From Psammoneis japonica (taxonomy: Eukaryota): a stretch of DNA of 64,000 bases. The translations under genes and the position numbers were made by a program. The notes under the pieces were generated by a model that searched no databases, was not told the DNA's origin, and saw nothing but the letters and a program-made list of their open reading frames with translations. The stretch lies in the NCBI GenBank assembly GCA_008632985.1, contig QPGO01000070.1, forward strand, positions 62,001 through 126,000. Reading direction: 5' to 3'. This document shows, one piece after another, positions 62,346 through 64,000 of the stretch. Each line of letters starts with the position of its first letter. The first letter of the stretch is position 1.

Positions 62346-64000
62346 AAAGGTTGCGCAGCACATTGTGTGTGCCTGCTGCAACATTGGCAAGCAACAAACA
62401 CAAAAAGCACAGCCATTGCTGTTGCCAACCCAACTGCAAGGCCATCCACAACAACTGCCCCATGTGGGGAGAGCCACAAGGATTCCATCACCAACTTTGT
62501 GGAGTTGATGACCCAACACCACCATCGGTGCCCCACTTGCCAGTTTCACAAAACACCTGTGTCACAAAATGCACACACACACACACACACATGCATCAAG
62601 GCTGAGAAAGTGCACACAAGCAAACTCCTGAGAAAAATCCAACACTGCACTGTGGCCTTCAGTCCACAAGGAATTGGTTGTTGTGTGCACAGTCAAGTCT
62701 GCCAACAAATGGGCTGTTTCCCAAACCTTGCCATCTGGCCCATGCTTTCCAAACAAATTGCACAAATTTGCAAAATCACCAAACACAACAACTGCTGCAA
62801 AAACACCAATGACAAGGTTTTGGTTTGTCCATTGATCCCACCACAATCAGGTTGGCACTGATTGCCATTTCATCTAATTTGCAGGCACAATGCAAAATGG
62901 AAACTTGCGCCACATGCAATTTCTACATTGCCATTTTTCCACAATTGCCACCCAACCCCAACACTTGGCCTGGGCTCCCATGTGATTGTCTGATTTCTCC
63001 ATCAAATCTTGAGCACATCATTTTGTTTTATCTTTCATGACAGATGATTGCAGCGCCGTTGTGGCCCTTGAAAAGACATCATCCTTGTTGCCGTTGTTGT
63101 GGTCATTTCACAAAAATGTTCTAGAAAACCTGCCACATTTCTTGAAGATTGAGGCCAGAGCAAAACTGGCATTGTCACATTCCTTTGCATCATCATGAGA
63201 AAATGCACTGCCACCTCGCTCCATGATTGCAAGGAAAAAGATGAAACCATTGTGAGTCAGATGCACCGTGCAGGGGCCACCCTGCTCTCTTTTTCTGCAC
63301 AGAAGTTGAACAACATGATGCACCTTGGGATTGTCAGCTGAGGAGCATGACAAAAGTCTCTGTCCTGAAGTGCATTTCTGGACCCACTGCATGAGCCCAA
63401 TGCAAGAAAAGCAAAGGTGGTTGCAAGATGCTTCATTGTGCAAGAAGGTGCTGCAGCCAGAAAGAGCTTGCGCTGTGGCAACATTGTCGGCTGCTCAGAT
63501 CTTGCCAACATGTTGCTGCCTCAGCAATTGAGCAATGCAAATGACAAGGCAAAGTGCCACAGTTTCCACAACCAAGAAAGTGCCCCCCACACAGGAGAGG
63601 AAACCAAACCAGAGCACACCAGCCTCTTCATCACAACATTGGAAAAAAAAGACCTTCTTCATGAAAAACATGGCAAGATGTGTCAAAGCACAATGTGCCA
63701 CTTTTGACATGAAATCAGGCTGGTTCATGGAGTCTGGTCAAGCCACGCATGCCACTCTTTCTTTGCCACATGATGAAAATTGTCAGCCATCGATGCTGGG
63801 GTGGGGCCAGTTTTGAGGCCGCTCTTGGTGGCGCACTGCAAAGTTGTCGCACAAAGTTGGTGCTCAAGCACACACACTTCTTGACCTCACTCACTGACAG
63901 CACCTTTGTGGCACTTCTTGAGTTGGCACTGTGCTGCATGCTTTGGGCAACTTTGGGAGAAAAAAATTGTTGCCCCCCGTCCGCAAGCTCAGAGCCCACT

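Larger units (their letters stand above)
52960..64000. other. TpA/CpG-depleted block 7 (11 kb, to the window end)
   Basis: Strongest signature in the window; contains decayed gene duplicates and a partly converted TIR element. Confidence 0.92.
58405..64000 (+). repeat. Tandem ~3-kb duplication units (58405-61430 and 61434->64000); a further partial unit at ~49600-51000
   Basis: 59400-61130 aligns with 62400-63970 (e.g. aaaccagagcacaccagcctcttcatcacaa in both); 61000-61420 aligns with 49630-50030. Confidence 0.88.

Noticed and set aside
481..64000. Hundreds of 60-290-aa ORFs in the converted blocks (e.g. 2236..2988, 48611..49495, 59423..60055)
   Set aside because: Nearly Tyr-free, Cys/His/Gln-rich, overlapping in all frames and without domains; explained by stop-codon depletion.
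52960..64000. Classical fungal RIP or simple CpG methylation decay as the full explanation
   Set aside because: RIP creates TpA and AT-richness, and CpG decay does not remove TpA; the observed direction is TA->TG/CA.
1..64000. tRNA, rRNA or CRISPR arrays; a deaminase or methyltransferase gene that could cause the mutations
   Set aside because: None recognisable in this window.

Overview
Eukaryotic nuclear DNA, most likely from a pennate diatom. This is an inference from the gene families (class C GPCR, M6 protease, receptor-guanylate-cyclase-type ectodomain) and the short GT-AG introns of about 75-100 nt. The window is a mosaic of two sequence states. (1) Gene islands of ordinary composition: a Rer1-domain fusion, an M6 metalloprotease, a TBL2-like WD40 gene, a GABA-B-like GPCR, a ~2180-aa double-helicase/TPR protein, a coiled-coil/WD40 paralogue cluster, a prolyl 4-hydroxylase, a bulb-lectin-like membrane protein and a secreted protein. 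(2) Roughly 40-45% of the window lies in blocks almost stripped of TpA and mostly of CpG, and flooded with TpG/CpA. Intact and decayed copies of the same sequences sit in this window (a gene in three copies, a MITE in four copies, a Rer1-fusion paralogue). They show the process directly: TpA->TpG/CpA, preferentially A->G in 5'-TAY-3' (surviving TpA is nearly always YTAR), plus CpG->TpG/CpA, with TpA loss apparently first. This looks like a regional, repeat-directed adenine hypermutation, opposite in direction to fungal RIP, and is the best candidate for an undescribed system. No gene for the causal enzyme is visible here. Most short ORFs in the supplied track are artefacts of this process. All alignments were done by eye.
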